From Felis catus (Eukaryota): DNA of 64,000 bases. Position numbers and translations under genes: made by a program. The number at the start of each line of letters is the position of its first letter. Within the stretch, counting starts at the first letter, position 1. Below the pieces are notes generated by a model. It did not search any database. It had not been told where the DNA came from and saw only the letters and a list, made by a program, of their open reading frames with translations. The stretch lies in assembly GCF_018350175.1 (NCBI RefSeq), contig NC_058368.1, forward strand, positions 222,830,001 through 222,894,000, given 5' to 3'. Below are positions 1 to 11,423 of this stretch, piece after piece.

Positions 1-119
1 AAAGCAGGCTCCTAGTTCAGTGCAGAGCTTGAGGTGGGGCTCGATCTCACAACCATGAGATCCTGACCTGAGCCAAAATTGAGTTGGACGCTTAACCAAC
101 CGAGCCACTCAGGTGCCCC
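1..119 (-). mobile_element. Can-SINE (SINEC), partial at window edge
   Basis: Reverse complement of the SINE head GGGGCACCTGAGTGGCTCGGTTGGTTAAGCGTCC...GGCTCAGGTCAGGATCTCATGG ends at 119. Confidence 0.92.
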
Positions 120-329
120 AACACTGTGAACAATTTTAAAAACATTTGGATCATTTATTGGATCATTTCTCCCACTGGTTTTCCCTCAGAATTCTATAAT
201 GACATTTTGGGGGAAATTTAAATAAATTCAAGAGGTACATAGTTGAAAAATTGGTATGAATAAAGAATAAGGAAGAAAGACTGTCTGGATAGATACGGTG
301 ACTGAAAAGTGGAAAGAATCAGAATTCAG

Positions 330-545
330 TCTAAATTATTGAAGTGATTGGTTGGTTTTTGTTTGTTTTCTTGCTTTGATAGAAATGGAGGTTTGTAGGG
401 AAGCTGTTCTTGGGCAATAAAAAAGATAAAAGGCTTAGTTTTAGACATATTGACTCTGAAGCATCTATGTGGAAACATGCTTATGGCTATGTGGAAATAC
501 TCTAGATGTGGGACAGGAGACCTCACTGAGTAGTTAGGTCTATAT
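330..545 (-). mobile_element. L2 LINE fragment, degraded
   Basis: AGTTTTAGACATATTGACTCTGAAGCATCT...GTGGAAA resembles the antisense L2 motif (agttttggacatgttgagtttgag). Confidence 0.5.
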
Positions 546-929
546 TTGAGATTAAGTTCCTAGAATTATTGACTGTTTAGCAAAAAATTGAAACTTTAAT
601 ACTTCGTAAAATTCAGGTATTGTTCCCCCCCCCCACAAAACCCATCCTGGGAGTCTCAAAACAAACATTTGCAAAATATTTATTTAAAATTTGGTGATAG
701 TTTATTTCATGTACAATTTACTCTTGGATTCTTCAGTCAATACAAATAAAAGAAATAACCATTTTTCTATATACTGTACTATATTTATTTATTGCCAATT
801 ATCCTTCCAGGCTTTTCTAATACAAACTGTACTCCATTTTTAATTACTCCTCTTCCTTAATTACCCGTCCTCACAAAATTGTCATTCCCTCCATGGAATG
901 GACTATTGTCATTTCCCTATGCTCCATGA

Positions 930-1052
930 CCCCTTAGAACCAGAAATTCAGTGTTTTTTCAGGCAATGACCATATCTGTTTTGTAAAATACAGCAAATCA
1001 GGTAGAAGCTGTTTGATAAATATTTGCTAAGTATATTGAATAAATGAATGAA
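930..1052 (+). mobile_element. L2 3' end
   Basis: GACCATATCTGTTTTGT...ATAAATATTTG...TGAATAAATGAATGAAT, the typical L2 terminus. Confidence 0.55.
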
Positions 1053-1855
1053 TTTCAAATGTTCTAGTAAAATGATACACCAATCATAATTTCCATTCTT
1101 AGGCATTCTAAATTCCAATAACCTTTATATCTACTTAATTTTAGCACCTTTACTCTTGCTATAGTTTTGCAACTTGTTAAAATGTAAAAGCTCTATGGCA
1201 TTATGGTGCTACATCTGAAAGATTGGAAACCAATAGAAGCTCACTGAAAACAAGTTGAGTAACTGTACTTTTACATTAATGTCTGTCTTTGCAACCTAAT
1301 AAAAATAAGCTTTACTGACTATTCTCAATCAGATTCATATTTTTAGAAAACAGTGTTTTCTAGAGTAAGCCATTGCAATTTAAGAGTTTTATTATGAACA
1401 CAAGTAATTTGATTATGAATATTCTGTAAGTAAAAAGAATTATGTTGCTGAACTTTACAAGAAACTTCTAGAAATGTAATGCATCTCTTTATCAAAATTG
1501 ATGTCAATATAGAATTGACTTGATAAGGATTACTTGCACTGCCATTAATAATCCTATCTCATAGATATAATACGTACACTGATATACTTAAATATATAGA
1601 TGCATAGATGTTATTACAGTAGCAAATCATGGTGAGTACCACTCTTCCTCTTTAACCAGGTACTACACAGGAGGTTTTCTATGATAGATTCATTGTACAC
1701 TATGGCTAGGGCAATTCAATTATTAAAATTTTAATTAAATATTTCTCCTGATATATGAGTAGTTACTAAATTATGTCATGATTTTCTCTACCATACTAGT
1801 TACGTAATTTTGTTTGAGGTTTGATATCACTGAGTGTAGACCTCCTTGTCTTAAA

Positions 1856-2046
1856 ATTCATTAATGTTTATTTTATTTTGAGAGAGAGATAAAGCAAACA
1901 GGAGACCGGGGAGAGAGGATCCCAAGCAGGCTCTGTGCTGTTTCAGCAGAGCTTGGGGTGGGGCTGGAAGTCACAAACTGTGAGATCATGACCTGAGCCA
2001 AAATCAAGAGTCAGACACTTAACCAACTGAGCTACTCAGGCGCCCC
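1856..2046 (-). mobile_element. Can-SINE (older subtype)
   Basis: AATGTTTATT tail, (GA)n, GATCATGACCTGAGCC, ends CAGGCGCCCC; TGTCTTAAA on both sides as TSD. Confidence 0.93.
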
Positions 2047-2239
2047 AAACTTCTATGTCTTAAATGTGGACACGAATTTCATTTTCATGAGCTATATGAA
2101 AGGATATAAGGTTCACAGTAAGCATACAAGTATATGTAATCAGAACTCAATTATTGGCACGTATAATTATTATTAACCAGAACTCCTATTTATTGAATGA
2201 CTCTGAATGATTGGCCCCATATTTTTTTCTATTCCTAGC

Positions 2240-2370
2240 ATCCTCACCTTCAATTAACCCTTTTGATGAAAGAAAAGATCGAGGTTGAGAGAGATCGAGC
2301 AATTTTTCAGTAGCTATGTGAAATAGTATTCAAATCAAAGGCTTTGAACTACAGAATTGTTCTTTCTTCC
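2240..2370 (-). mobile_element. MIR fragment
   Basis: TTTTGATGAAAGAAAAGATCGAGGTTGAGAGAG...TATTCAAATCAAAGGCTTTGAACTACAGA resembles the antisense MIR core. Confidence 0.45.
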
Positions 2371-3041
2371 ATGTAATTTAATTTACTGACAGTAGTATAT
2401 CTGCATGTATTCTTTCACGTTTTTATTAATTCTAACTTGGGCTTGAGAAACCCATTCCCATTACTTCCTCTAGGATTTTATTATGTGATCTCCCACATTG
2501 CTGTTTTCAACTTCTCTCGCCTTAGTATTTTTTTTAAATGTGGACTTAAATTAATTTCATATCTATCACCAATTTTGTGTCTTTTGACAAGAAGTTATAT
2601 TGAATTCTGAAAAAAAAAACAGTTAATAATAGAGGGCAAACAGGAATACCTTAATCTTCATTTATTATTATTAATGTTGTGTTTCCTTGAACTTTGAATT
2701 CATCGTTCCTTCAAGTGCAGAGTTCTTATGAGATGGCTGTATTGTTTGGGTGGAACAGGGATGCTGTGATCAGTGACTTTTGTGTGGTTTGTTTAATTGC
2801 TTTTCATGCTAGCTGCCATGCTTTTCCCTTCTGAGAATCTCCTAATCTTCCTGTTATACAAAGCAAGGCTCTTGGTTATATTCCCTGCTTCTGTCACATA
2901 ATAGTATTGAAATTGTACTGTCTTGTTCATTAAATGTGACCATTTCATATATTGAATGTCTAAATAATATTATAGTAATAAAATTCAAACTAACTTATTT
3001 CAGAGCTAACTAAGTCAGTCACTTCAAAAATGGCAATTATG

Positions 3042-3246
3042 AGGGCGCCTGTGTGGCTCAGTCGGTTAAGCATCCAACTCTCGATTTCAACTCAGGTCAT
3101 GATCTCAGGGTCCTGAGATTGAGACCCTCATTGCACTCTGTGCTGAGAGCACTGGGCCTGCTTGGGTTCTCTCTCCTTTCTCTCTGCATCTTACCACATT
3201 CTCTCTCTTTCTCAAAATATATAAATAATTGTAAACAGAAATAGAA
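3042..3246 (+). mobile_element. Can-SINE
   Basis: GGGCGCCTGTGTGGCTCAGTCGGTTAAG head, CT tract, A tail; 16-bp TSD AAAAATGGCAATTATG at 3026-3041 and 3247-3262. Confidence 0.95.
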
Positions 3247-3472
3247 AAAAATGGCAATTATGTATCTATATATTTTAAGAAAGAATGAAAGTGTATGTAC
3301 TTAACACAGGATTATCATTCTTGTATATAGTGAATATTAATGCACTTTTAGAGACTATAGACATATCATATACTTCATAAACATAAAACACTATACTTGT
3401 GGCTGTATTGTACCAGAAATGATAAATTATTTAAGAAATAGGCTCTAGCTTTCTGATTTGTTACCTGTTCAG

Positions 3473-4214
3473 ACTGCCCAGTAAGATAGCATATAATACA
3501 CTTACATACACATACACATAATAGGCATATGTGCCTATTGAATATTTAAAATGTGGCTAGCACAACTAACAAAATTTTTAACTTCAGTTCATTTGAATTA
3601 ATGTAATATTAATTATTAATTAATAACTTATCAAATATTTATATATGCTGAAATAATATAATATTTTTAAATTAAAGACAATTGTATTGTTTTGCTAGAA
3701 CTATATTTCACTCTGTTGAAAAATTAATGTTCAAAGTGAAGTGTTCTGTAAATTAAAATATACACGGATTTTCTTTTTTTTTTTTAATTTTTTTCAACGT
3801 TTATTTATTTTGGGGACAGAGAGAGACAGAGCATGAACAGGGGAAGGGCAGAGAGAGAGGGAGACACAGAATCGGAAACAGGCTCCAGGCTCTGAGCCAT
3901 CAGCCCAGAGCCTGACGCGGGGCTCGAACTCACGGACCGCGAGATCGTGACCTGGCTGAAGTCGGACGCTTAACCGACTGCGCCACCCAGGCGCCCCTAT
4001 ACATGGATTTTCAATTCCTAGTATGAAAAACAAAATGAAAACTCTCATTAACAATATTTTTTATTGACTGTATGTTGAAACGATAATGTTTTGGATAGAG
4101 GTATTAAAGTAAGATGTATTATCATGATTAATTTTACCTGTTATGTTTTTATAGTGCAGCTGCTAGAAAGTTTAAAACTGTAAGTATCATTTGTACTATC
4201 TTTCTATCTGACAG
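3473..4214 (-). mobile_element. hAT-Charlie DNA transposon fossil (Charlie1/MER33-like), interrupted by a SINE
   Basis: AAATGTGGCTAG near 3550; AAAATATACACGGATTT..TAGTATGAAAAA..CTCATTAACAATATTTTTTATTGACTGTATGTTGAAACGATAATGTTTTGGATA..GCTAGAAAGTTTAAAA matches the recalled MER33 consensus and continues across the SINE. Confidence 0.75.
3774..3997 (-). mobile_element. Young felid SINE (SINEC_Fc type)
   Basis: CpG-intact body (GCGCAGTCGG, CACGATCTCGCGGTCCGTG on minus); 15-bp TSD TATACA(C/T)GGATTTTC at 3759-3773 and 3998-4012. Confidence 0.97.
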
Positions 4215-4589
4215 ATATCATTGATACAAAGACAACATTGATAAGTCATTCCCCCACTTGCCCCAGTTGGATTCCTTAAGGCTATACGTTTATATGAAAA
4301 AAAAAAGTAGTATCTGAAAATTATCTTTGGGCCCCTTTCTCTGCTAGTAATTTACTAAAAATTTCAAAACCCTGTAGTCAAAAAAAATGTACAAACTAAT
4401 AAATGTCTACTTTGTCATGTGGGTTGAGTCCTTCCCTCTGTTTGCTTGAACAATATGGCGAACATGGACTAACGACCCTTCATTACCAGCTGGCCTGTGC
4501 CTTTAGAAACACGGGCACGCAGTGGATATAAAGGTTGGATAAATTTTTAATTAGAGTAATGAATGAACTTTTTAAAATTAGTAATAAAA

Positions 4590-4820
4590 GGGACGCCTAG
4601 GTGGCTCAGTTAAGTGTCTGGCTTTAGCTCAGGTCACGATCTCACCGTTGTTGAGTTCGAGCCCTGCCTCAGGCTCTGTTCTGGCAGCATGGAGCCCGCT
4701 TCAGATCCTCTGTCCAGGCCCACCCCATTCTCTGCCCCTCTCCCACATGCATGAGCACATGCATGCATGCACTCTCTCTCTCTCTCTCTCAAAAATAGAT
4801 AAACATTTAAAAATAAAAAT
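4590..4820 (+). mobile_element. Can-SINE (older)
   Basis: GGGACGCCTAGGTGGCTCAG head, CT tract, AAAATAGATAAAC tail; AAAATTAGT repeat on both sides. Confidence 0.92.
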
Positions 4821-4824
4821 TAGT

Positions 4825-5056
4825 GGGGCGCCTGGGTGGCGCAGTCGGTTAAGCGTCCGACTTCAGCCAGGTCACGATCTCGCGGTCTGTGAGTTCGAGC
4901 CCCGCGTCAGGCTCTGGGCTGTTGGCTCAGAGCCTGGAGCCTGTTTCCGATTCTGTGTCTCCCTCTCTCTCTGCCCCTCCCCCGTTCATGCTCTGTCTCT
5001 CTCTGTCCCAAAAATAAATAAACATTGAAAGAAATTAAAAAAAAATAAAAATAAAA
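4825..5056 (+). mobile_element. Young felid SINE (SINEC_Fc type) inserted in the tail/TSD of the preceding SINE
   Basis: Near-identical to the copies at 3774 and 6212; TSD AAAAATAAAAATTAGT at 4809-4824 and 5057-5072. Confidence 0.97.
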
Positions 5057-6211
5057 AAAAATAAAAATTAGTAAGGAAAATAATCGCATGTATATAGTCA
5101 CCGAAGTGTCAGAAAAAACATGCCTAATTGTTTCACAACATACCTTTATCCAAATTAAGCATAAAATTATAATATGGTATTGCTGTAAATGGAAATAAAT
5201 AAAAGTTATATTCAAGTTTGAAATTATTTTCAAATAGATTATTATGGCTTTATATCAATTTTTAAAGAAATTTCAGTGCAGCTCAATGATATTTAATGAA
5301 TATGGAAGGTTAAAGCAATTGATTAGTCGTATCCACTTCAATGTGCTTGTGAATAAAACAATGAATATGTCTGATTTTCTTGCCTTTTCTACAGAATTTC
5401 AGTGAGACAATAGCGTTTGTAGACTAATATCTTTACCTTAATCATAATTTATTATGGTTTCTTTTTGTCAGTCGCCACTTCATTAAATAATTATCATCGT
5501 GCCAATCACATGCAGGAAACAATTTTTTTTTTGGTTCTATGGACATGACCATACATGTCATTTCACCTTAAAACAAGAAACACTTAATGATTTGTTCAAT
5601 ATATTTCAAACCCAAATTTCAAATGGATGAATTCGTAACTTTGATGTAACCAATGATATTTAATTTTTACATGGAATGAGATGATGAGACTTCACAGCTC
5701 TGTTAGATTTGTAGGATTGGCAACTCTGTTACTTCCTGTGACAATAAATCAGTTCAGTAACTATATCAGTAAATTAGTGAATCCCAATGAGCTGAGAAGA
5801 GGGAAGACACAAGGGCTCGTCTACACCCATGGCTAGCCACCCTTCAGCTCTGAAGACCTTTCACTAGCATACAGTATGCTGCAATGCACCTTTTTTTTAA
5901 AATTTATATACGTTCTTCAAAAATGCATTGCTTAGTTTTATAAATGAATCATTGAATAGATCAAAGATGGGTGGCCTTTCAATTTTACCCACAGAAAAAG
6001 CATTTGTCTTTAGAAGTTTATAGATTATGAGTTACCAAACAACTACCTTGCCTAATTACCTTTCTTCCATGTCACCCATAAATTATAGCCATTCAGTTTC
6101 TTAATTATGTTAGCAGAAAATGGTGAAGCACCCCTATCATCTCATATGCCCCTTCGATCTAATAGGTAGAAATATGTTTGTGTGGGTATATGTATGTGTG
6201 TTAAAATTTTC

Positions 6212-6431
6212 GGGGCGCCTGGGTGGCGCAGTCGGTTAAGCGTCCGACTTCAGCCAGGTCACGATCTTGCGGTCCATGAGTTCGAGCCCCGCATCAGGCT
6301 CTGGGCTGATGGCTCGGAGCCTGGAGCCTGTTTCCGATTCTGTGTCTCCCTCTCTCTCTGCCCCTCCCCCATTCATGCTCTGTCTCTCTCTGTCCCAAAA
6401 ATAAATAAAAAACATTGAAAAAAATTAAAAA
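6212..6431 (+). mobile_element. Young felid SINE (SINEC_Fc type)
   Basis: GGGGCGCCTGGGTGGCGCAGTCGG head; TSD AAAATTTTC at 6203-6211 and 6432-6440. Confidence 0.97.
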
Positions 6432-6643
6432 AAAATTTTCAGTGCCATGACTACATGAATGTCAGTCTTCATGGATATTGTGATTGAAATAGTAAATGTG
6501 TTACCTCTATAGGTGAATTTGTCGGAGAAGAATAGATCAAGCACTGGGTAAAGGTTGCTAGAATGTAAGAATGTAATTTCTTCTAGAACGCTGTAGTAAA
6601 TTTGGTTGGAAATTAAATGTGAAATCAAAAATAATCAGAAATT

Positions 6644-6754
6644 GGGGTGCCTGGCTGGCTCAGTCAGTAGACCATGTGACTCTTGATCTTGGGGTTGTGA
6701 CTTTGAGCCCCATATTGGCTGTAGAGATTACTTAAAAATAAATCTATAAAAAAA
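6644..6754 (+). mobile_element. Short old carnivore SINE (SINEC_old type, tRNA-Lys-derived)
   Basis: GGGGTGCCTGGCTGGCTCAGTCAGTAGA..GACTCTTGATCT..GAGCCCCA..GTAGAGATTACTTAAAAATAAA with no CT tract. Confidence 0.88.
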
Positions 6755-6917
6755 GATAGTCACAAATAAGAAAGGTCCTGAACCAAAATTGAGTACATTC
6801 ACTGGCTTACATTCACAGTGATTTGCTTTTATTCAGCTTTATAAGTCAATATGTTATCGCCATGAATTTTTTTCCTTTGAAATAACGTAAGCTATCTTTA
6901 TTTTTCTCTAAGAATAA

Positions 6918-7028
6918 ATGCAGTGTAGTCGGTGAAAGCAACACCTATTTCAAGTCCTGCCTTTGCAGACATATGTTCCCCTTGAGCATGTTACTTAGTC
7001 TAGATTTTACCATTTCTACCTATAAAAA
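6918..7028 (+). mobile_element. MIR fragment
   Basis: TTTCAAGTCCTGCCTTTGC..CCTTGAGCATGTTACTTA..CTATAAAA. Confidence 0.5.
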
Positions 7029-7030
7029 GA

Positions 7031-7067
<37 letters not shown>

Positions 7068-7124
7068 ACACACACACACACATATATATATATACATGTA
7101 TATATATATGTATATATATATATA
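7031..7124. repeat. Compound (AT)n(GT)n(CA)n(TA)n microsatellite
   Basis: Direct reading. Confidence 0.97.
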
Positions 7125-8209
7125 CTATCTCTACTATCTCTTCATTTATATGCAGAGAATACTGAGATCTGAGGAAATTCTATGTGTAGAATATAAATAT
7201 ACATGAAAAGAGTTCACAAAAATATAAAATACAAAGGAAATAAAAGTTCTTAGTATTTAAGTGATAGACAAGCTGTATTATAAACTCCTAAATAATTATT
7301 TCAATATGAAAAATAAATATTATTTTTCTCATAAAATTCTGCCTGTTTAACATTGTCAAAATGCTACAATTGCTTACCCTGAAAAGTCATAGTTACCTTT
7401 TCTGTCCTTTTTCTTTACTTTCTTTTTAACTTTTCTAATTAATAAATCAACAGGTATTCATCTAATACCGCCTTTATGATCTCTGGGTTGTATTGAATGA
7501 AGTGTACAAAAGGAGGCAATGAAAAAAAGAGCACAATTTCTGTATATTATCGTGTTGTTTTCCACTCTCAGGAGAATCTTCTTTTTTTTCTGTAAAAATG
7601 TTTTGGCAAATACAAGTATCAATAATTCTCTACAATAAATTTTGTCAATATAGTTTTGAAAAAATAAATGGATTAAGACTTGGTTTCAATTTTATATGAT
7701 AGTGGCATTTTTATTTAGAACCAAATATATTGGATATTTGACTGTTCATTACTGTGGAAATAATTAATAGTTTTTGTTACTGTCTGTCCATGGAAATTGA
7801 TGTGATTGCACATCATTGCAGAGCTTTAAAACGATAGGCATTATAAATGAAACTGCTTCACATTCAAGGGAGATTGGTGATAAAAAATGGCTCAGTGATG
7901 GGAAGTTTATAAAACCATGTTTGTTCCTACTGTGAATAAGGAGAGGGAAGCTCACAGAGAACCCCTGGGTTTTACTCCTCAGTGTAACAGAGCAAACTGT
8001 GCAATTATTATCCATGATGGATTTAAATGTGCTTGTCCTCCTACAATGTAAACCAAATTTAGACAATGCAAAGCTCTGTGAATTGATACAAGAGGATTAA
8101 ATCTATAAAATTTGTTAGTGGACGTTCAACAGCTCATTTTGCTTGATATTAATAGAACGTTTCTCATGAAATAGAAATAATGATTGATTACAACAATATT
8201 TATATGTGT

Positions 8210-8390
8210 AAGCACTCACATAGCTCTGTTATCTGTCTAAACTACTATAAGTATTTCATATATACTGGTGCATTTTATGCTCACAACAACTTTATACTGT
8301 AGAAACTATTAATATTTCTGTGCTTTTAGATAAAGCCAAGGGATAAACGCAATCGGGCTCCAAAGTCTATTCACCTAACTACCACACCAC
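8210..8390 (-). mobile_element. MIR fragment
   Basis: AGCACTCAC..TAAGTATTTCATATATACTGGTGCATTTTATGCTCACAACAACTTTATA..ACTATTAAT. Confidence 0.55.
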
Positions 8391-8460
8391 GATTTTGAAT
8401 CTGCCTGCAATGTGTCAGTCTCTTGATCTACATGAGATGGAATCATATTCCTGCTTATGG

Positions 8461-8612
8461 CATGGCGGGCAAACTATGTCCAGTGGGCCAAGTTCTCACA
8501 TCCATTCGTTTATGGCTGTGGAGACCTATGATGGCTACAACTAAGACCATTCCCCACAAAGCCAATGGTATTTACCATCTTGTCCTTTACAGAAAAAGTT
8601 TATTGGTTCCTC
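8461..8612 (+). mobile_element. MER58A-like hAT-Charlie MITE, internally deleted
   Basis: GGCAAACTATGTCCAGTGGGCCAA..CCATTCGTTTATGGCTG..CCACAAAGCC..TATTTACCATCTTGTCCTTTACAGAAAAAGTTT. Confidence 0.8.
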
Positions 8613-8708
8613 AACTGGAGGACTCAAAGAGCAATTAAGCATGTAACTGTGGCAGAAGAGACACAAAACCTCTGACATGCCAAAATGTGCAATGCATGAG
8701 TAAGGTTA

Positions 8709-8723
8709 ATATATATATATATG

Positions 8724-8772
<49 letters not shown>
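8709..8772. repeat. (TA)n(CA)n microsatellite
   Basis: Direct reading. Confidence 0.95.
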
Positions 8773-8773
<1 letters not shown>

Positions 8774-9097
8774 ATGAATGATAGTAATAGAATGATAGTA
8801 GAATTTTACTGGCAGAATGATAGTAGTAGGCAAGTGCTAGAAACTCTACAATTGAGAATGTTTGTTTTCTCTATAAGTAGGGAAAACTATTGGGACAACT
8901 GTAGTTTTCAATAATACATAGAATGTCAAAGTGTACGTCAGGAAGGCTTAAGTAACTATCTTCAGCTAGGATAGTATATACATTTGAATATTATCAAATT
9001 GTGGAAAAATGAATATCGTAAAAAAAGAAATTGGTTACATGAAGTAGGTTATGTCCAACAAAATTGAAAAATTGAATACAATTTCTTCCACTTTTAC

Positions 9098-9205
9098 CTG
9101 TTTGTCCTTGGGTATATAAGCCTCTGTGCCTCATTTGTTCATGTGTAAAGAGAGGCGGGTCGATATAGTAGTTACTTCATGACATGGCTTTTGTGATCCA
9201 AAAAT
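9098..9205 (+). mobile_element. MIR core fragment
   Basis: CCTTGGGTATATAAGCCTCTGTGCCTCATTTGTTCATGTGTAAA..ATAGTAGTTACTTCAT. Confidence 0.6.
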
Positions 9206-9420
9206 AATACTTCTCACTCCCCCTTAGAATGTAAACCAATTGCCACATACATGCAAAGCAAACTGATGCCAAATTATCCTGTTCATCTCTGCTAAAGGTG
9301 ACATTGCAGAAACGTGACTCCCCCATTGCAGGCAGATTCTAAATCATGGTGTGGTAGTTAGGTGAACTTTGGAGCCCGAGTGTCTGCATTTATCTCTTGG
9401 TTTTATCTAAAAGCCTTCAA

Positions 9421-10099
9421 ATAGGTCTGCTACTACCCTTGTGTGTCTCCCTTTGTAAGCTAGGGCCTCTTTATCCCGAGATGCTTTGAGAATTCTCTCT
9501 TTATCTTTGCATTTTGCCAGTTTCACTATGATATGTTGTGCAGAAGACTGATTCAAGTTATGTCTGAAGGGAGTTCTCTGTGCCTCTTGGATTTCAATGT
9601 CTGTTTCCTTCCCCAGATCAGGGAAGTTATCAGCTATGATTTGTTCAAGTACACCTTCAGCCCCTTTCTCTCTCTCTTCTTCTGAATTTCCTGTGATATG
9701 GATATTGTTCCTTTTGATTGCATCACTTAGTTCTCTAATTCTCCCCTCACACTCCTGGATTTTTTTATCTCTCTTTTTCTCAGCTTCCTCTTTTTCCATA
9801 ATTGTATCTTTTAATTCACCTATTCTCTCCTCTGCCTCTTCAGTCCATGCTATGGCCACCTCCATTTTATTTTGCACCTCATTTATAGCATTTTTTAGTT
9901 CCTTATGACTATTTTTTAGTCCCTTGTTCTCTGTGGCAATAGATTCTCTTCTGTCCTCTATGCTTTTTTCAAGCCCAGTGATTAATTTTATGACTATTAT
10001 TCTAAATTCTTTTATATAGTTTAAATCAGTTTTGATCAATCTTTTAGCTGTCGCTACTTCCTGGAGTTTCTTTTAAGGAGAATTCCTCCATTTTGTCAT
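9421..10099 (-). pseudogene. Defective LINE-1 ORF1p
   Basis: ATG at 10099 reads MTKWRNSP*KKLQEVATAK, with an in-frame TAA at 10073-10075, then the 210-aa track (ELKNAINEVQNKME, RNNIHITG, IIADNFPDLGKE, IQEAQRTP, HIIVKLAK, RVVADL). It is truncated before the C-terminal domain. Confidence 0.92.
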
Positions 10100-10480
10100 T
10101 TTGGGTAGTCCCTGCTGTAGCTCCAAACCGCAAGACCTTTCCCCTGTGCTGTCCAGAGAAACTTGTGTTGGTGGGAGGGGTCCCAGTCAGACCCAATGTC
10201 TGCCCCCAGCCCACCACTGGGACCACAGTCAGACTGGTGTGTACCTTATCTTCTCCTCTCCCAGGGGCAGGACTCACTGTTGATTGGTGTGGTCCCTGTC
10301 TGGGCTGCTTGCACACTGCCAGGCTTGTCGTGCTGCCTGGATGGGATCTCACCAAGGGCATATTAGACATGGTGGATCCGCAGAGTACACAGGGGAGGGA
10401 AGGGCAGGCTTAGTTCACTTTGCCATCTATGGTCCCCTGTGGGGAGGGGGGGGGGGCTACAGCACTGGGAGGGAGGCAGA
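9421..10480 (-). mobile_element. Carnivore/felid LINE-1 fragment (3' part of 5'UTR plus 5' two-thirds of ORF1), antisense
   Basis: Encodes the ORF1p coiled-coil/RRM region; a GC-richer UTR-like segment lies upstream at 10100-10480. Confidence 0.93.
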
Positions 10481-10702
10481 AACTTAACAGAAGACCATGG
10501 GGGGAGGGGAAGGGGAAGAAAAAAAGTTAGAGAGGGAGGGAGGCAAACCATAAGAGACTCTTAAAGACTGAGAATAAACCGAGGGTTGATGAAGGGTGGG
10601 AGGGAGGGGAAAGTGGGTGATGGGCATGGAGGAGGGCACCTGTTGGGATGAGCACTGGGTGTCGTATGGAAACCAACCTGACAATAAATTTCATTAAAAA
10701 AA
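10478..10702 (+). mobile_element. Felid LINE-1 3'UTR end, sense
   Basis: AGAAACTTAACAGAAGACCATGG, G-rich tract, AAACCATAAGAGACTCTTAAA, GGGATGAGCACTGGGTG, GACAATAAATTTCAT and a short A tail. Confidence 0.95.
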
Positions 10703-11383
10703 TGAAAATACTAATATTTTCTACTTTTTTTTGTTTATTTGTTTTTTTTTAAATGTGGCTTTTTCCATAGTCAAGTTAACTTGTGAATATTGAGTTTCCG
10801 ATTTAGAAAGACATAAATTATGTGGTGAATATCAATACTTTCCCAGCTGGAAACAGCTCATTCATTCTTAAACTTGGCAGTCTGACTGCTGAGAATAAAA
10901 AATATGCTCACTGCAGACCAGCTAACTCCAAGAAGGAGGAGCGAGGTTTAGACCAACATACTTTGCATTTTTTTTAATTCCAAGTCAATAATCAAATCAA
11001 AATATATGTCCTCGCTTGGGGAGTGGATGCAAAAAGTAAAGAAAGTCCCAGAATATTACACAAATGGAACTCTCTTCTTATGAAGGGAACACGATAGATT
11101 CAGAAACAGACAAACATATTTGCAAAATGTTTTCTAATTATGTATAAAAACAATATGGAAGTGACACTTGTAGTTTTCCTTTATTATTTTTATGTATTTT
11201 TAAATGATGAGAATGTGTTATTTTTACAGTTAAAATCAAAGCACAATTTCTACTTCGGAAAAAGTATATTGCACAGATCGGATGTATATGAGATATGCAT
11301 ATAGTTATAGTTTCTGTTGCATTGCTATAATTATAGTTATATTTTTACAAAATGTATGTAACATCTTTATTTTATACTATGGG

Positions 11384-11388
<5 letters not shown>

Positions 11389-11422
<34 letters not shown>
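11389..11422. repeat. (AC)n microsatellite
   Basis: Direct reading. Confidence 0.97.

Positions 11423-11423
<1 letters not shown>

Noticed and set aside
3794..4054. Recurring ORFs containing GAPGWRSRLSVRLQPGHDLAV (also 4648, 6182, 42741, and antisense at 4907 and 40362)
   Set aside because: Translations of young SINE copies, not a gene family.
6644..6720. tRNA-Lys-like sequence
   Set aside because: It is the head of a tRNA-derived SINE with a 3' tail, not a tRNA gene.
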